Below, piece after piece: positions 18,402 to 28,677 of a stretch of 64,000 nucleotides of DNA; within the stretch, counting starts at the first letter, position 1; every line of letters starts with the position of its first letter. The position numbers were made by a program, and so were the translations under genes. Origin of the DNA: Myxococcota bacterium (GTDB lineage: Bacteria; Myxococcota_A; SURF-8; G963663525); NCBI GenBank assembly GCA_963676915.2, contig CAXXVK010000033.1, forward strand, positions 18,809 to 82,808, read 5' to 3'. The notes beneath the pieces are model-generated. The model made no database searches, had not been told where the DNA came from, and saw nothing but the letters and a program-made list of their open reading frames with translations.

Positions 18402-19520
18402 TTAGAGAACCTTCAGTTCCCCATTCAATGCTCCGGTAGCTTTGAGCGCTTGAAGAATGGCGATCAAATCTCTCGGTGAGGCTCCGATGGCGTTGAGCGC
18501 TTTTACGAGGTCATCCACCGTGGAGGTTTGTGGGACTTTGTACAGTTGATTGGAACCTTCCTCGACTTTGAGCGTTTTGTTCTCCGAGGTTTCCGTATTT
18601 CCGTAGGAAAGCGCAGCCGGTTGACTGATTTCCGTAGCGGTTTGAATCGCTACATCGAGGTTGCCGTGGGCAACGGCTGCCGGTCCCAACGTAACGTTTC
18701 CTCCAACCACAACCGTGCCTGTGCGTTCGTTGACGACGATACGCGCCGGATGATCGGGTACGACTTCCAGACTTTCGATTTTCGCCAGCAATGCAACGGG
18801 CGACAACTCGCCGCCTTCTTGAGCTTCTATATAGATCGTACCGGAATTGGCTGCCTCGGCGCGTTTGTCGCCCAAGGCTTCATTGATGGCACCGGCGATT
18901 CTGTCAGCAGTGGTGAAGTCGGATTCTTTTAACGATAACAATATCTTGCCGTCATTGACGAAGGTAGTATTGACCGTCTTTTCGATCATCGCGCCTTGGG
19001 GGATTCTTCCGACGGTAGGAACATTGCGCTTGAGGTTCGATGAACCGCGTCCGTGATCGAAACCGCCGACGATGATCGGTCCCTGCGCCAGCGCGTAGAC
19101 ACTGCCGTCCGCACCTTTGAGAGGAGTCATCAGCAGGGTTCCGCCTTCGAGACTGCGTGCATTGCCGAGGGCGCTGACCAGAACGTCCATGCGGTCGCCG
19201 GTGGCCTGAAACGGTTCCAATTCGGCGGTGACCATCACGGCCGCCGTGTTGGTTACGTCCAGTTTGTCCGGCTTGATGTTCAAGCCCATTCGTTTCAACA
19301 GTGAACTGAGCGATTGCGCCGTGAACGCGCTGCGCCGGGTATCGCCACTCTGCGCGAGTCCGACAACCAAGCCGTACCCAACGAGAGGATTCGACCGAAC
19401 CCCTTGAATTTCCACCAGTTCCTTGATTCTCGCGGCCTGTGCCGGAGCGAAGCCCGGCAGAAGGAACGCCAGTACGATGGCGAACAGTAGAAACGGAGCG
19501 GATAGGGTTTTGATCTTCAT
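18402..19520 (-). CDS. flgI: Flagellar P-ring protein
   Basis: ARIKE, GVRSNPLVGYGLVVGL, SLEGGTLLMTPL, VNERTGTVV. Confidence 0.97.
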   Translation of the reverse strand: MKIKTLSAPFLLFAIVLAFLLPGFAPAQAARIKELVEIQGVRSNPLVGYGLVVGLAQSGDTRRSAFTAQSLSSLLKRMGLNIKPDKLDVTNTAAVMVTAELEPFQATGDRMDVLVSALGNARSLEGGTLLMTPLKGADGSVYALAQGPIIVGGFDHGRGSSNLKRNVPTVGRIPQGAMIEKTVNTTFVNDGKILLSLKESDFTTADRIAGAINEALGDKRAEAANSGTIYIEAQEGGELSPVALLAKIESLEVVPDHPARIVVNERTGTVVVGGNVTLGPAAVAHGNLDVAIQTATEISQPAALSYGNTETSENKTLKVEEGSNQLYKVPQTSTVDDLVKALNAIGASPRDLIAILQALKATGALNGELKVL

Positions 19521-19548
19521 CGTTTGTTTCCCATTCAAGGGTTTCTGA

Positions 19549-20250
19549 TCAGAACGGAGAGGCGTAGTTCATGGCACGAGTAAGCCAGCCGGGATCTTGT
19601 CCTTCGCTGATGACTCCCCGACCGGTGAACTCGACCTGAGCATCGGCCAGTTTGAACGAGACGATGGAGTTGTCTCGTTCGATGTCCTGCGGACGCGCAA
19701 CGCCGCTGATGTAAAAATGATGTTCTTCACTATTCACCAGCACCACCCGATGTCCCTCGATAAACAGATTTCCGTTGGGAAATACTCGTGTTATCGTCGC
19801 GGCGATTGTGAATTCCACTTCGTCCTTTCGGCTCGTCTTTCCATTGGCGGCGAAATCGGTCATCGAGCGTCCGGTAACCAGTTTCATCGGATCTCCCGCG
19901 AGATTTCGTCCCAGAATTCCATTTACGTCGCCACCGACCTCCACACCTCCATCGTGATCGGTAGAGGTCGAGGTTTTACGATCTGCACTGGCGACTTCCT
20001 GAATTTGTATCGTCACAATATCGTTAACCTTGAAAGCTCGAACGTCGGTGAACAACGTGCCGCCTTCGCCGCGATCCTGCCAAAGCGACCCTTTTGCTTC
20101 ACGAGCTTGTTCGGATTGTTCGAACGGTACGGGAGGTTCGTATTTTCTACGTTTGACTTCGTAAGGCTTGATATGTTTGACACAGGCCAGGCCTGACATT
20201 CCGAAGCATGTGAGGATTAGAAGAAGAAAGACTTTTGAAAGAATCTTCAT
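19549..20250 (-). CDS. flgH: Flagellar L-ring lipoprotein
   Basis: Lipobox GLA-C, GSLW, LFTDVRA, PNGNLFIEG, ARPQDI, PGWL. Confidence 0.94.
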   Translation of the reverse strand: MKILSKVFLLLILTCFGMSGLACVKHIKPYEVKRRKYEPPVPFEQSEQAREAKGSLWQDRGEGGTLFTDVRAFKVNDIVTIQIQEVASADRKTSTSTDHDGGVEVGGDVNGILGRNLAGDPMKLVTGRSMTDFAANGKTSRKDEVEFTIAATITRVFPNGNLFIEGHRVVLVNSEEHHFYISGVARPQDIERDNSIVSFKLADAQVEFTGRGVISEGQDPGWLTRAMNYASPF

Positions 20251-20939
20251 TATTGCATCTCCATCATCGCCTGTCCGGGACCAGTCATTTCTGCTGTGAA
20301 ACTACGTCCCGAGCGGGGATTGACGATCCGGACGCGCTGCCCGACAACACCGTCTTCCAGGGATTTTCCGGTCATTTGCACGACCATTTGACCGCTACGG
20401 ATCGAAACCGTGATTTTTTCGCCTCTTTTTACGGCCAAAGGCTGTTGAAGATGTCGAAGTTCGATGGCACGTCCCGCCACAAGGCGGACTTTCGCTGTGG
20501 ACCCGTAAACTTGTCCCAAACACGTTGCGTAGCGGTTTCTATACGGCTTTCCCCGGACGGCAGATAGTTGGACGAGGCCGTCGTTGATGATTTCGCCGGG
20601 TTGAATATCGCGGCGTGGAACCACGCGAACCTGTGTATTGTTACGAGCAAAAACCAGCGTTCGACTGGCGACCGGACGACCATCCTTTTTTACCTGAACC
20701 TCAACGGGGAAGTTGCGAGCACCAGGATCTTCCCCCAAAGGACGTGCCGTGTACACAATGCCTCGTCCCGGATCGGGAAGGGCGGCGAGCTTTTCTTTGG
20801 TCACGACGAAACTGGAACCCGCGTTTCGGGTCGCGCTTCGTAGCGCATCCCGCACCGCTTGAACCGGATCGCTGGACGTAAACGCCGGTTGGGCGCCTGC
20901 CGCGATCCATAACACTAAAATGGAGAAGAAGGAAGACAT
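20250..20939 (-). CDS. flgA: P-ring formation chaperone FlgA
   Basis: SAF domain, VKRGEKI, GKSLEDGVVGQRVRIVNPRS; between flgG and flgH. Confidence 0.9.
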   Translation of the reverse strand: MSSFFSILVLWIAAGAQPAFTSSDPVQAVRDALRSATRNAGSSFVVTKEKLAALPDPGRGIVYTARPLGEDPGARNFPVEVQVKKDGRPVASRTLVFARNNTQVRVVPRRDIQPGEIINDGLVQLSAVRGKPYRNRYATCLGQVYGSTAKVRLVAGRAIELRHLQQPLAVKRGEKITVSIRSGQMVVQMTGKSLEDGVVGQRVRIVNPRSGRSFTAEMTGPGQAMMEMQ

Positions 20940-20943
20940 GGCT

Positions 20944-21729
20944 CTACCTCAGGCGGTTGGTTTCCTCTAGCATCTGGTCGGATGCCTTGATGATTTTCGA
21001 ACTGGCCTCGTAGGCACGCTGGCCCGCGATCATTTGGATCATTTCCTCGACGACACGGACGTTGCTGGACTCCAGAAAGCCCTGTGCGATGGTGCCGAAA
21101 CCGTCGTATCCCGGATTCGAAACTTTGATGGCTCCCGGATCTCCGGTGATGCGATAGAGGTTACGTCCCATCGCTTCGAAAGCTCCGGTATTGACGATGT
21201 TGGCCAACTCGATTTTTCCCAGCTCGATAGGAGTTTCGCGGCTGGCTGGAGTGGCCGTGACCAGTCCGTCCGAACCGACAGTGACGCCCACCGCGTCTTC
21301 CGGGACGATAATCGCCGGTTCCAATGGATATCCATCTCCGGTGCAGAGTTGTCCTCGGCTGTCAAGCTTGAAGTTTCCGGCACGGGTATAGGCGATTTCA
21401 CCACCCGGCATGCGAACCTGGAACAATCCCGAGCCTTCAATCGCCAAATCCAATTGATTCTCGGTGTTTACCAGATCTCCGGTGCTGAAATTGCGTTCAG
21501 TCGAGACGGCGCGAGTACCGTGGCCGATCTGCAAGCCGGAAGGAACCTCGGTTTCACTGGAACTGTTGACGCCGGAAACGCGAATGTTCTGGTATAAAAG
21601 ATCTTGAAATTCCACCCGAGTCCGTTTGAACCCTGTGGTGTTGACGTTGGCCAGGTTGTTGGCGATAGCGTCGATTTTCAATTGCTGCGCATGCATTCCC
21701 GTGGCAGCGGTGTGCAAGGCTCTGGGCAT
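20944..21729 (-). CDS. flgG: Distal rod protein
   Basis: ANNLANVNTTGFK, FQDLLYQ, YTRAGNF, LESSNV, QRAYE. Confidence 0.97.
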   Translation of the reverse strand: MPRALHTAATGMHAQQLKIDAIANNLANVNTTGFKRTRVEFQDLLYQNIRVSGVNSSSETEVPSGLQIGHGTRAVSTERNFSTGDLVNTENQLDLAIEGSGLFQVRMPGGEIAYTRAGNFKLDSRGQLCTGDGYPLEPAIIVPEDAVGVTVGSDGLVTATPASRETPIELGKIELANIVNTGAFEAMGRNLYRITGDPGAIKVSNPGYDGFGTIAQGFLESSNVRVVEEMIQMIAGQRAYEASSKIIKASDQMLEETNRLR

Positions 21730-21752
21730 GATCGTTCTCCTTTATGGGGCGG

Positions 21753-22469
21753 TTAGCCCTTGGCAATGACACCGATCAGTCGTTCGTCGGCTTCCTTGTA
21801 ACTCTGGACCGCTCGGATCAACGTCTGGAAATCTCTTTGCAATTCAATAAGTTCCACCATGTTTTCCACCGGGTTTACGTTGGAACCTTCCAGGTGACCA
21901 CTCAATACCTTCGCTTCGACTTCCACCGGATCGCCGGATTCTTCGTTGGGCTTGTAGGTTGTTGAACCCACCGGCTCCAGGAACGTAGGCTCGGCGACCG
22001 TAACGATTTTTAGTTTTGCAACTTCCATGCCGTCTTGGATGACTCGCCCGTGACCATCCACCTCGAAAGGTACGGTCAGATCGATGGTGATATCTCCCGA
22101 TGACCCCTCGAGCCGATATCCCTGCTGATTTCGCAGGTTTCCCTCCTTATCGACTTCCAGCGAAGCACAACGAACGAGCAATTCCTCGTCGTTTTCGTTG
22201 GTCACCATGAAAAAGCTGTTATCGCCAAGGGCGACGTCTTTCTCGTTGCCGGTGTCGATCAAGGCTCCAGGAACCTGAGAAACCCCGATGCTATACGTTT
22301 CGACGTTGGAAGATTGTTTCTGATTTTCTTGGGCCAGAACCAGGCTGAAAGCGGTACGTTGGGCCATATAACCCGAGGTTGTGGAGTTCGCGACGTTGTT
22401 CGCAACGATATCCACTTGCTTTTGTCTCGCGTTAGCTCCCGCTGCGGCGATGTAGATTCCTGAAGGCAT
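21753..22469 (-). CDS. flgF: Proximal rod protein
   Basis: ANNVANSTTSGY, LEGSNVNPVENM; directly upstream of flgG. Confidence 0.88.
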   Translation of the reverse strand: MPSGIYIAAAGANARQKQVDIVANNVANSTTSGYMAQRTAFSLVLAQENQKQSSNVETYSIGVSQVPGALIDTGNEKDVALGDNSFFMVTNENDEELLVRCASLEVDKEGNLRNQQGYRLEGSSGDITIDLTVPFEVDGHGRVIQDGMEVAKLKIVTVAEPTFLEPVGSTTYKPNEESGDPVEVEAKVLSGHLEGSNVNPVENMVELIELQRDFQTLIRAVQSYKEADERLIGVIAKG

Positions 22470-22614
22470 GATTCCTCCTTCTGTCGAGGAGGCTTTTCGA
22501 CGCTTTGTCGGTTTTTCGTCTGCTTTCTTTATCGCTGTCGTTTTCTTCTGTTACACTGATGAGGTATGATTATCTTGTGAAAAGAAGAATTGCCGACACG
22601 ATGAGGTGCGCCGG

Positions 22615-23047
22615 ATGGCCGGACTTTCCAGTTTGAAAAAGCTCGTGGATATTCGTCAGAAAGAAAAGCAGCGTGCTCAAAAGGAGTTGGCGCGGCTTCT
22701 TCAACGACGCGAGCAGTTGGAAAAGGAACTGGAGAGTCTCCGGGAAAGGCTGTACCACATGGAGCAAGATCCCTCGGTACAACGTCTTCGTCTCGAATTC
22801 GAGAGGCGAAATGTCCTTCGTGAGGACGAAGTTGCGACTACTCGAAGAAATCCGCAAGCTTGACGAAGAGACGATTCCACCTTCCCGCGATCGTGCGACC
22901 CGAGCTGAGCAGCAGGTTCGAATGGTCGAACTACTGCTTGAGCGCAAAAAGAAGGAACTCATCAAAGAGGAGTTTCGTCAGGAAACGAAACAACTCGACG
23001 AAGCTGGGCGCAGTCGCTGGTTGAGGAACCGTAAACCGGAGTCCTGA
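22615..23047 (+). pseudogene. fliJ: FliJ-like export escort split by a +1 frameshift near 22825 (pseudogene or sequencing error)
   Basis: ORF 22606..22863 (LSSLKKLVDIRQKEKQRAQKELA) joins ORF ending 23047 (EEFRQETKQLDE) if one base is removed at CGTGAGGACGAAG, giving a ~143-aa coiled coil; GAGGTG RBS. Confidence 0.7.
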
Positions 23048-23121
23048 AAGCGAGTGCGAGAAACCATCAAAAGTGTCAAAGAGCCGATTCTAAGCCGCCG
23101 TGCCGATCCATCCGTTGAGTC

Positions 23122-23791
23122 TTAGCCGAACTGCTTGAGCAGTTCATCGACGAGGTTTTGCCGGGAAACTCCTTCCTGGCTTTCTTTCAGGCGTTCCAGG
23201 CCGGAAAGGTGAACTTTTCCGGACTCGGTTTCTTCCGTGGTTTCTCCCAAGGTGACCAACAAGGAGAGAATGCGTTCCTCGACTTCGTTGATCATCTTGC
23301 CAATCTTGACGATGGTTTGGCTTGTGAGATCCTGGAAAGACAAAAGGGTCATCAACTCCGTCAACGATGCCGACCGGTCGAAGTGAGCCTGTTCCAGCTT
23401 CTTCATTGCTTCGATGGTTGGTTCCGAACCGCTTTTTTTCCAGATATTCGGTGACGGTTTTCACGGAAGATTCCAACTCGTCATCGGTATCCAGCAGGTT
23501 TTCGACGATCGACAGGATGTTATGCGTTGCCACCTCGGTGGTGTTGCAGATGTCCTGAAGGGTGTCGAACGCGTTGGGGAGATTGTCGGCAGCGTAACTC
23601 AACTCGGGACGCATACCGGCAAGCATCTTGCGCGTTTCGTTGATGTAGCGCGCCAGAGAAGACAGCTCTCCCTTGAGCACGGTGTTGACTTCGCGGTCGT
23701 AGTTGCCTTCGCTGATGGCTTTGACGCCTTCGACCAGTTCCTTGAGATCAGGGTCTTTTACTTGATCGTCTCGTTCTATATCCGTCGTCAC
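23122..23791 (-). pseudogene. cheZ: CheZ-like phosphatase with N-terminal HAMP-like domain, +1 frameshift in an A7 run
   Basis: TEVATHNIL in the 5' ORF; FQDLTSQ catalytic motif and QNLVDELLKQFG tail in the 3' ORF; one A fewer at 23433-23439 gives 222 aa. Confidence 0.8.
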
Positions 23792-23866
23792 TGGAGCCCC
23801 CTTTCACGCCACACGGCTAGGTTAGAAATCGGCTTATTTAGATTCATCGACCGTGGGCGCGACATC

Positions 23867-24598
23867 TTAAGCAATCTTTTCCATTATTTCGTCCCGCAGC
23901 AACTCTGCGGTTTTCCGAAGAATCTGGCTGGCTCTCGATTCTGTGACTCCGAGAACCTGACCGATTTCGTTCAACGTCATTTCGGCTTCGTAATACATTC
24001 CAACCACCAACCGGTTTCGTTCGGGAAGATTGGCCAGCGCTTTGGAAAGCAGCCTAACCCGTTCATTTTTCTCAAGTTTTTCCAAAGCGTTCAACGGCTG
24101 GTTCCACAGGGTGGGCAGATCCATCATGTCCATCGTGGAAGGATCGACCACTGCCGGAGGCGTGTGCTTTGCAACGCTTTCCTGAACTTCACTGATCGAC
24201 ATGCCGGTGTCGGCGGCGACATCCGCTTGACTGACCGGCTCGCCGGTTTCCTTTTCGATCTTTTTGATCGAATCGCTGACCGATTTTGCTCGGCTGCGCA
24301 TCCGTCGCGTAAGATGGTCGAGATTGCGCAATTCATCGAGGATCGACCCTCGTACGCGAATGCGGGCGTAAGCTTCGAAAGCGATGCCGCGATCCGGGTT
24401 GAATTTGCTCAAAGCGTCGAGCAGACCGACCATGCCCGCGCTGAAGAGATCTTCGCGGTCTACCGTGGGCGGGATTTTTTCGCCGACCTGTCGAACCACA
24501 CGGTATACGAGTTGAGCATATTCCTGGATTTTCTCGTTTTGAGAATCCTTCGGGTCCGCTTTGCGGTAGGTTTCGTAGGCTTTGAGCATATTATGCAT
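23867..24598 (-). CDS. fliA: RNA polymerase sigma28 (FliA/WhiG)
   Basis: DLFSAGMVGL, FEAYARIRVRGSILDELR, EIGQVLGVTESRASQI; start codon uncertain (24598-24616). Confidence 0.96.
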   Translation of the reverse strand: MHNMLKAYETYRKADPKDSQNEKIQEYAQLVYRVVRQVGEKIPPTVDREDLFSAGMVGLLDALSKFNPDRGIAFEAYARIRVRGSILDELRNLDHLTRRMRSRAKSVSDSIKKIEKETGEPVSQADVAADTGMSISEVQESVAKHTPPAVVDPSTMDMMDLPTLWNQPLNALEKLEKNERVRLLSKALANLPERNRLVVGMYYEAEMTLNEIGQVLGVTESRASQILRKTAELLRDEIMEKIA

Positions 24599-24625
24599 GA
24601 TCAGCATCCTTTCCAATCATTCCGA

Positions 24626-25441
24626 TCAATGAATCCTGTTTTCAACGAAGGTTTTTTCCAGTCCTTCGGATAGTTTCTTGGCAAGGTTTTCCACACAGCG
24701 GGCTGCCGGAGTGTCCGGGAAAAGCTCGATGAACGGTTTTTGCGAGCGAAGCGCTTTTTCCACGGCGTTGTCGCGATAGATGTATCCGGCAAATTCGAGG
24801 CTGAAGCTGAGAAACGTTCGTGCGGCCTTGTTGATACTGGTGAACATTTCGCGGGCCTGCTCGGCCATTTTCACGTTGTTGACGAGTACCCGGAAATTCG
24901 TGGCGCGATTGGCTGCCCGACTGACTTTTACGAGCGCGTAGGCATCGGTCAGAGACGTGATTTCGGGATTCATCATCACGAGTACTTCATGGGCCAGACT
25001 GACGGCCAGTCGGACGTTTCCACCGATGCCCGCCGCCGAATCGATGATGACGAAATCGTAAGGACGATTCGCCAGATCGAGCGTTTTCAGCAAGCGGACC
25101 TGGGAGGAAATATCCAACTCCGAAAGTTGTGCCAGAGCCGTTCCCGCAGGAAGAATGTCCAGTCCGTTGACGTGGGTCAGCACGTCTTCGAACGAATGCG
25201 TACCATTGAGGAGGTGCGAAGCATTTCGTTCCGGGTTGACGCCTAAAAGGACATTCACGTTGGCCAGTCCCAAATCACCGTCGATCAACAACACCCGATA
25301 TTTCATTTCGACCAGTTTCGTTGCGAGATTGACCGAAAAATGGGTTTTGCCGACACCGCCTTTTCCGCTGGCTACGGTGATGATGTGCGGTCCCGTTTGT
25401 ATTTGCGCCGTCATGGCGGGATTTTGTTCCATTTGAACCAT
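24626..25441 (-). CDS. flhG: MinD-like flagellar number regulator FlhG/FleN
   Basis: SGKGGVGKT, DGDLGLAN, DSAAGI, PEITSLTDAYALVK; between flhF and fliA. Confidence 0.93.
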   Translation of the reverse strand: MVQMEQNPAMTAQIQTGPHIITVASGKGGVGKTHFSVNLATKLVEMKYRVLLIDGDLGLANVNVLLGVNPERNASHLLNGTHSFEDVLTHVNGLDILPAGTALAQLSELDISSQVRLLKTLDLANRPYDFVIIDSAAGIGGNVRLAVSLAHEVLVMMNPEITSLTDAYALVKVSRAANRATNFRVLVNNVKMAEQAREMFTSINKAARTFLSFSLEFAGYIYRDNAVEKALRSQKPFIELFPDTPAARCVENLAKKLSEGLEKTFVENRIH

Positions 25442-25451
25442 CTCGTTTACC

Positions 25452-26592
25452 TTACAGAGCTGCAATGTTCTGCCTCTGGAAAACCGCATCGATCATCGAA
25501 TCCAGCTTGGGTCGAATGAGATCGTCCGGGATGTTGGGTCCACGGGAAAGGTAGCCGATCGCCATGCCCGAGCGTGACGCCGTAGCCAGAACGCGACCGA
25601 CGTAAGGTGCTTCGTCCAGGCGGGTCACGGCAAGGCGGCTCGAACCGGCTTCGGAAAACGCCTGTGTAGCCGTGTCAAGATCGAGCTGGCTGTGGCTGGC
25701 CGGGACGACGGTGTGGATTTCCGCCGGGCCGTCGATCCATAGCTTGTCTTTAAGTTGTTGAATTTCATTGGGATTGTGGGGGTTGATCGCCCCGGAATCC
25801 AGAATGATCGGAGTATGTTCCGCCCGTTCTGCCAGAAGGTCGAGTTCGTGACGCGTTTTTGCCGTTACAAAGTCCAGGCCCAGGGCATCGGCGGTGCTTT
25901 TCAGGAAATCACGCCCGGTTTTTTTGACAGGTTCCAACACACCAAGCACCGGTTTGAAATCACCGGAAAGTGTAAGGTCTGCCGCGAGTTTTGCCGTAAG
26001 GCTGGTTTTGCCTACTCCGGAAGCTCCGACGAACAGCACGAGCCGTGGGCGAATACGTTCGCGAGCCGGAGCCATGGAAACCTGCATTTCGATGATTCTT
26101 TTCGTGCCTTGCTGCACTCGAATGAATTCGATGGTTTCATCGGGTCGGATTTCGTCCATGACTTTACGAAGGAATGGACAGTGTGTCGGACTCGGGGAAA
26201 CCTGCGGCGTGCAATCGATGCATCAGAGGGAGGCATTCCGGAGGAAGATTTTCGTTGGAAACAAGGCTGTCCAGCAGTTCGTGCTCACGGCGAGCGAGTT
26301 GAGCGGCACGACGTACGGCGGCTTCCATTCTAGGAGAGGAGGCTTCGTTTGTTCTGGAAAGCAGTGCTTTGGCTTCATCGAAATCGAAATTGCCGGAGAC
26401 GGGTTGCCTGGGAGGATACGACAGGTTTCCCTCGTCGGTTTCCTGACCGATGACCGCTTCCCAGACGAATCCGATTCCGTCGGGATTACGAACTTTTCCC
26501 GCTCTGAGGATCAGAGCGTTTTCACCGAAACGATGCCGGGTTTGTGCCAGCATTTTCGCTCGGGTATGGGCGCGTACGACGTGAACCTGCAT
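25452..26592 (-). pseudogene. flhF: FlhF SRP-type GTPase split by a +1 frameshift near 26170
   Basis: 5' ORF has the FlhF N-terminus (RHRFGENALIL); 3' ORF has GASGVGKT, TRLDE, GPNIPDDL; removing one base at ATTCCTTCGTAAA gives 379 aa. Confidence 0.82.
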
Positions 26593-26598
26593 AACTTA

Positions 26599-28677
26599 TT
26601 AGGCTCCTTGTGGACTCAGATGAGAAATACGGCCAACCACCGAAAGTTGCGCTTGGGGATCGATTTCCCTCAGGGCTACCACCGGAAGATCGGGCATGCT
26701 GATGCTCAACAGATCGCGAAGAGGCTTGCGGATATCATCCGGGGCGAGCAGGCACGGCGAATGGCCGTCCTGTCCCAATCGGGCGGCGATATCCTGAATC
26801 TGACGAGCGATGCTTTCGAAGATTTTCGGGTCCGGCGCAATCTGGCCGGAAGGACTCATGGAATTGCGAAGCACCTGTTCGGTTTTCGGATCGACGGTAA
26901 GGGCGAAGATCGAACCGTTTTCGTTGCTGATCATGGAGGTGATTTGTCGCCAGAGCGCAGCTCGTGCCGCATCGATCAGAATGCGCAACTCTTTGGTATG
27001 CGGCGAAATCGTCGCCAGGGCTTCGAGGATCAGCTTGAGGTTGCGAACCGAAATCCTTTCGGAAAGCAAAGACTTAAGGACGGCGTGGACTTCACCGAGA
27101 GAAAGTTGGGTCGGGACGAGTTCCTCGACCAGTTTCGGAGATTCTCGCTTGACGAAAGCCAGCAGTTCGTCCACTTGATCGCGTGTAATGAGATTGTCTG
27201 CGTTTTTACGAAGTTCTTCGGCCAGGTGTGTAACCATCACCGTGGTTGGATCTACCACGGCCAGGCCACGAGCTTCTGCCCGGTTGCGGTCTTCGTTGAG
27301 AATCCAAAAAGCTTTCAATCCGAAAACCGGTTCTTTGGTTTCGATGCCACCCGGAAAATCCTGTAACCCCGCCGAATCGATGGCCAATTGGCGGTCGGTC
27401 ATAATTTCGGCTCGTGCGACTTCGAAACCATGCAGCTTGATGGCATATTCGCCCGGTTTAAGGTCGAGATTGTCGATGACACGAACGGGCGGGATGATCA
27501 AGCCCAGTTCCTGAGCCAATTGATGACGAAGTTTTTTGACGCGCTCGGGAATCTCGCCGCCTCGTGTGTGATCGACGAGCTGAAGCAGCCCGTATCCGAC
27601 TTCGAGGCTCAAAGTATCGACATGGAGCAGGTCTTCCATCGAAGGTTCCGGCGGAGGCTCGTAGGCCGGTTTTTCCTCTTCTTCCGATGGCTTGGCGTCT
27701 TTTTTACTCTGACGAAAGGCGATGCCTCCCAAAACCATGGAAAGAAGGAAAAACGGGAAGAAGGGCAGGCCGGGAACCAGACCCAAAAGGAACAGAAACA
27801 GAGCGGTGAGGTTCATGACCTGGTTTCCGGTGGTCAACTGCAGTACCATCTGCTCACCGAATTCCATTTTTCCCGAGGCACGGCTGATAACCAGACCGGC
27901 TGCCGTGGAAAGAACGAGGGCGGGCATCTGGGAAACGAGGCCGTCGCCAATGGTTAATATGGAATAACTGCTGATGGCCGTGGCAAAATCGAGCTCCTGT
28001 TGAAGCATTCCGATCGCCAGCCCGCCCAGCAGGTTGATCGCGGTAATAACGATACCGGCGATGGCGTCGCCGCTGACGAACTTGCTGGCTCCGTCCATCG
28101 AACCGTAAAAGTCCGCTTGATCTTCGATTTGGGTGCGGCGTGTTTTGGCTTCCTGGTCGTTGATGGCACCGGCGTTGAGTTCGGCATCGATAGCCATTTG
28201 CTTGCCGGGCATGGCATCCAGTGTGAAGCGGGCGGATACTTCGGCGATTCGTCCCGAACCTTTCGTAATAACTACGAAATTGATGGTAACCAGAACGAGA
28301 AACACAATCAGTCCGACACCGACGCTGCCACCCGCCACGAAGTTTCCGAATGCCTGGATGATCTCGCCCGCCGCTTCCGGTCCTTCATGACCGTGCAGGA
28401 GAATCAATCGCGTCGAGGCGATATTGAGGGAAAGCCGCATCAGGGTGGCGATCAGAAGCAATGTCGGGAAAATGGAAAAGTCCGCCGGACGTTCGGTGAA
28501 TAGCGATGTCAGAAAAACGACTGCCGAGAGTCCGATACTGATAGCCAGAAACAAGTCGAGCAGCACCGGCGGAAGCGGAATGATCAGCAGCGCAACGATT
28601 CCCAAAAAACCGGCCCCAACGAGATTCGCGTTTGAAAATACGCGTCGAAGGTTGCTGGTTTGGGATATGGCGGCCAT
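26599..28677 (-). CDS. flhA: Flagellar export gate FlhA
   Basis: FPTLLL, RIAEVSARFTLDAMPGKQMAIDA, FYGSMDGASKFV. Confidence 0.98.
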   Translation of the reverse strand: MAAISQTSNLRRVFSNANLVGAGFLGIVALLIIPLPPVLLDLFLAISIGLSAVVFLTSLFTERPADFSIFPTLLLIATLMRLSLNIASTRLILLHGHEGPEAAGEIIQAFGNFVAGGSVGVGLIVFLVLVTINFVVITKGSGRIAEVSARFTLDAMPGKQMAIDAELNAGAINDQEAKTRRTQIEDQADFYGSMDGASKFVSGDAIAGIVITAINLLGGLAIGMLQQELDFATAISSYSILTIGDGLVSQMPALVLSTAAGLVISRASGKMEFGEQMVLQLTTGNQVMNLTALFLFLLGLVPGLPFFPFFLLSMVLGGIAFRQSKKDAKPSEEEEKPAYEPPPEPSMEDLLHVDTLSLEVGYGLLQLVDHTRGGEIPERVKKLRHQLAQELGLIIPPVRVIDNLDLKPGEYAIKLHGFEVARAEIMTDRQLAIDSAGLQDFPGGIETKEPVFGLKAFWILNEDRNRAEARGLAVVDPTTVMVTHLAEELRKNADNLITRDQVDELLAFVKRESPKLVEELVPTQLSLGEVHAVLKSLLSERISVRNLKLILEALATISPHTKELRILIDAARAALWRQITSMISNENGSIFALTVDPKTEQVLRNSMSPSGQIAPDPKIFESIARQIQDIAARLGQDGHSPCLLAPDDIRKPLRDLLSISMPDLPVVALREIDPQAQLSVVGRISHLSPQGA

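Noticed and set aside
23430-23442. dnaX-type A AAA AAG -1 slippery site in cheZ
   Set aside because: The catalytic half lies in the +1 frame; a -1 shift hits TGA within ~10 codons
23414-27366. Long plus-strand ORFs 23414..24673 and 25894..27366
   Set aside because: Antisense to cheZ/fliA and flhF/flhA; codon-bias shadows
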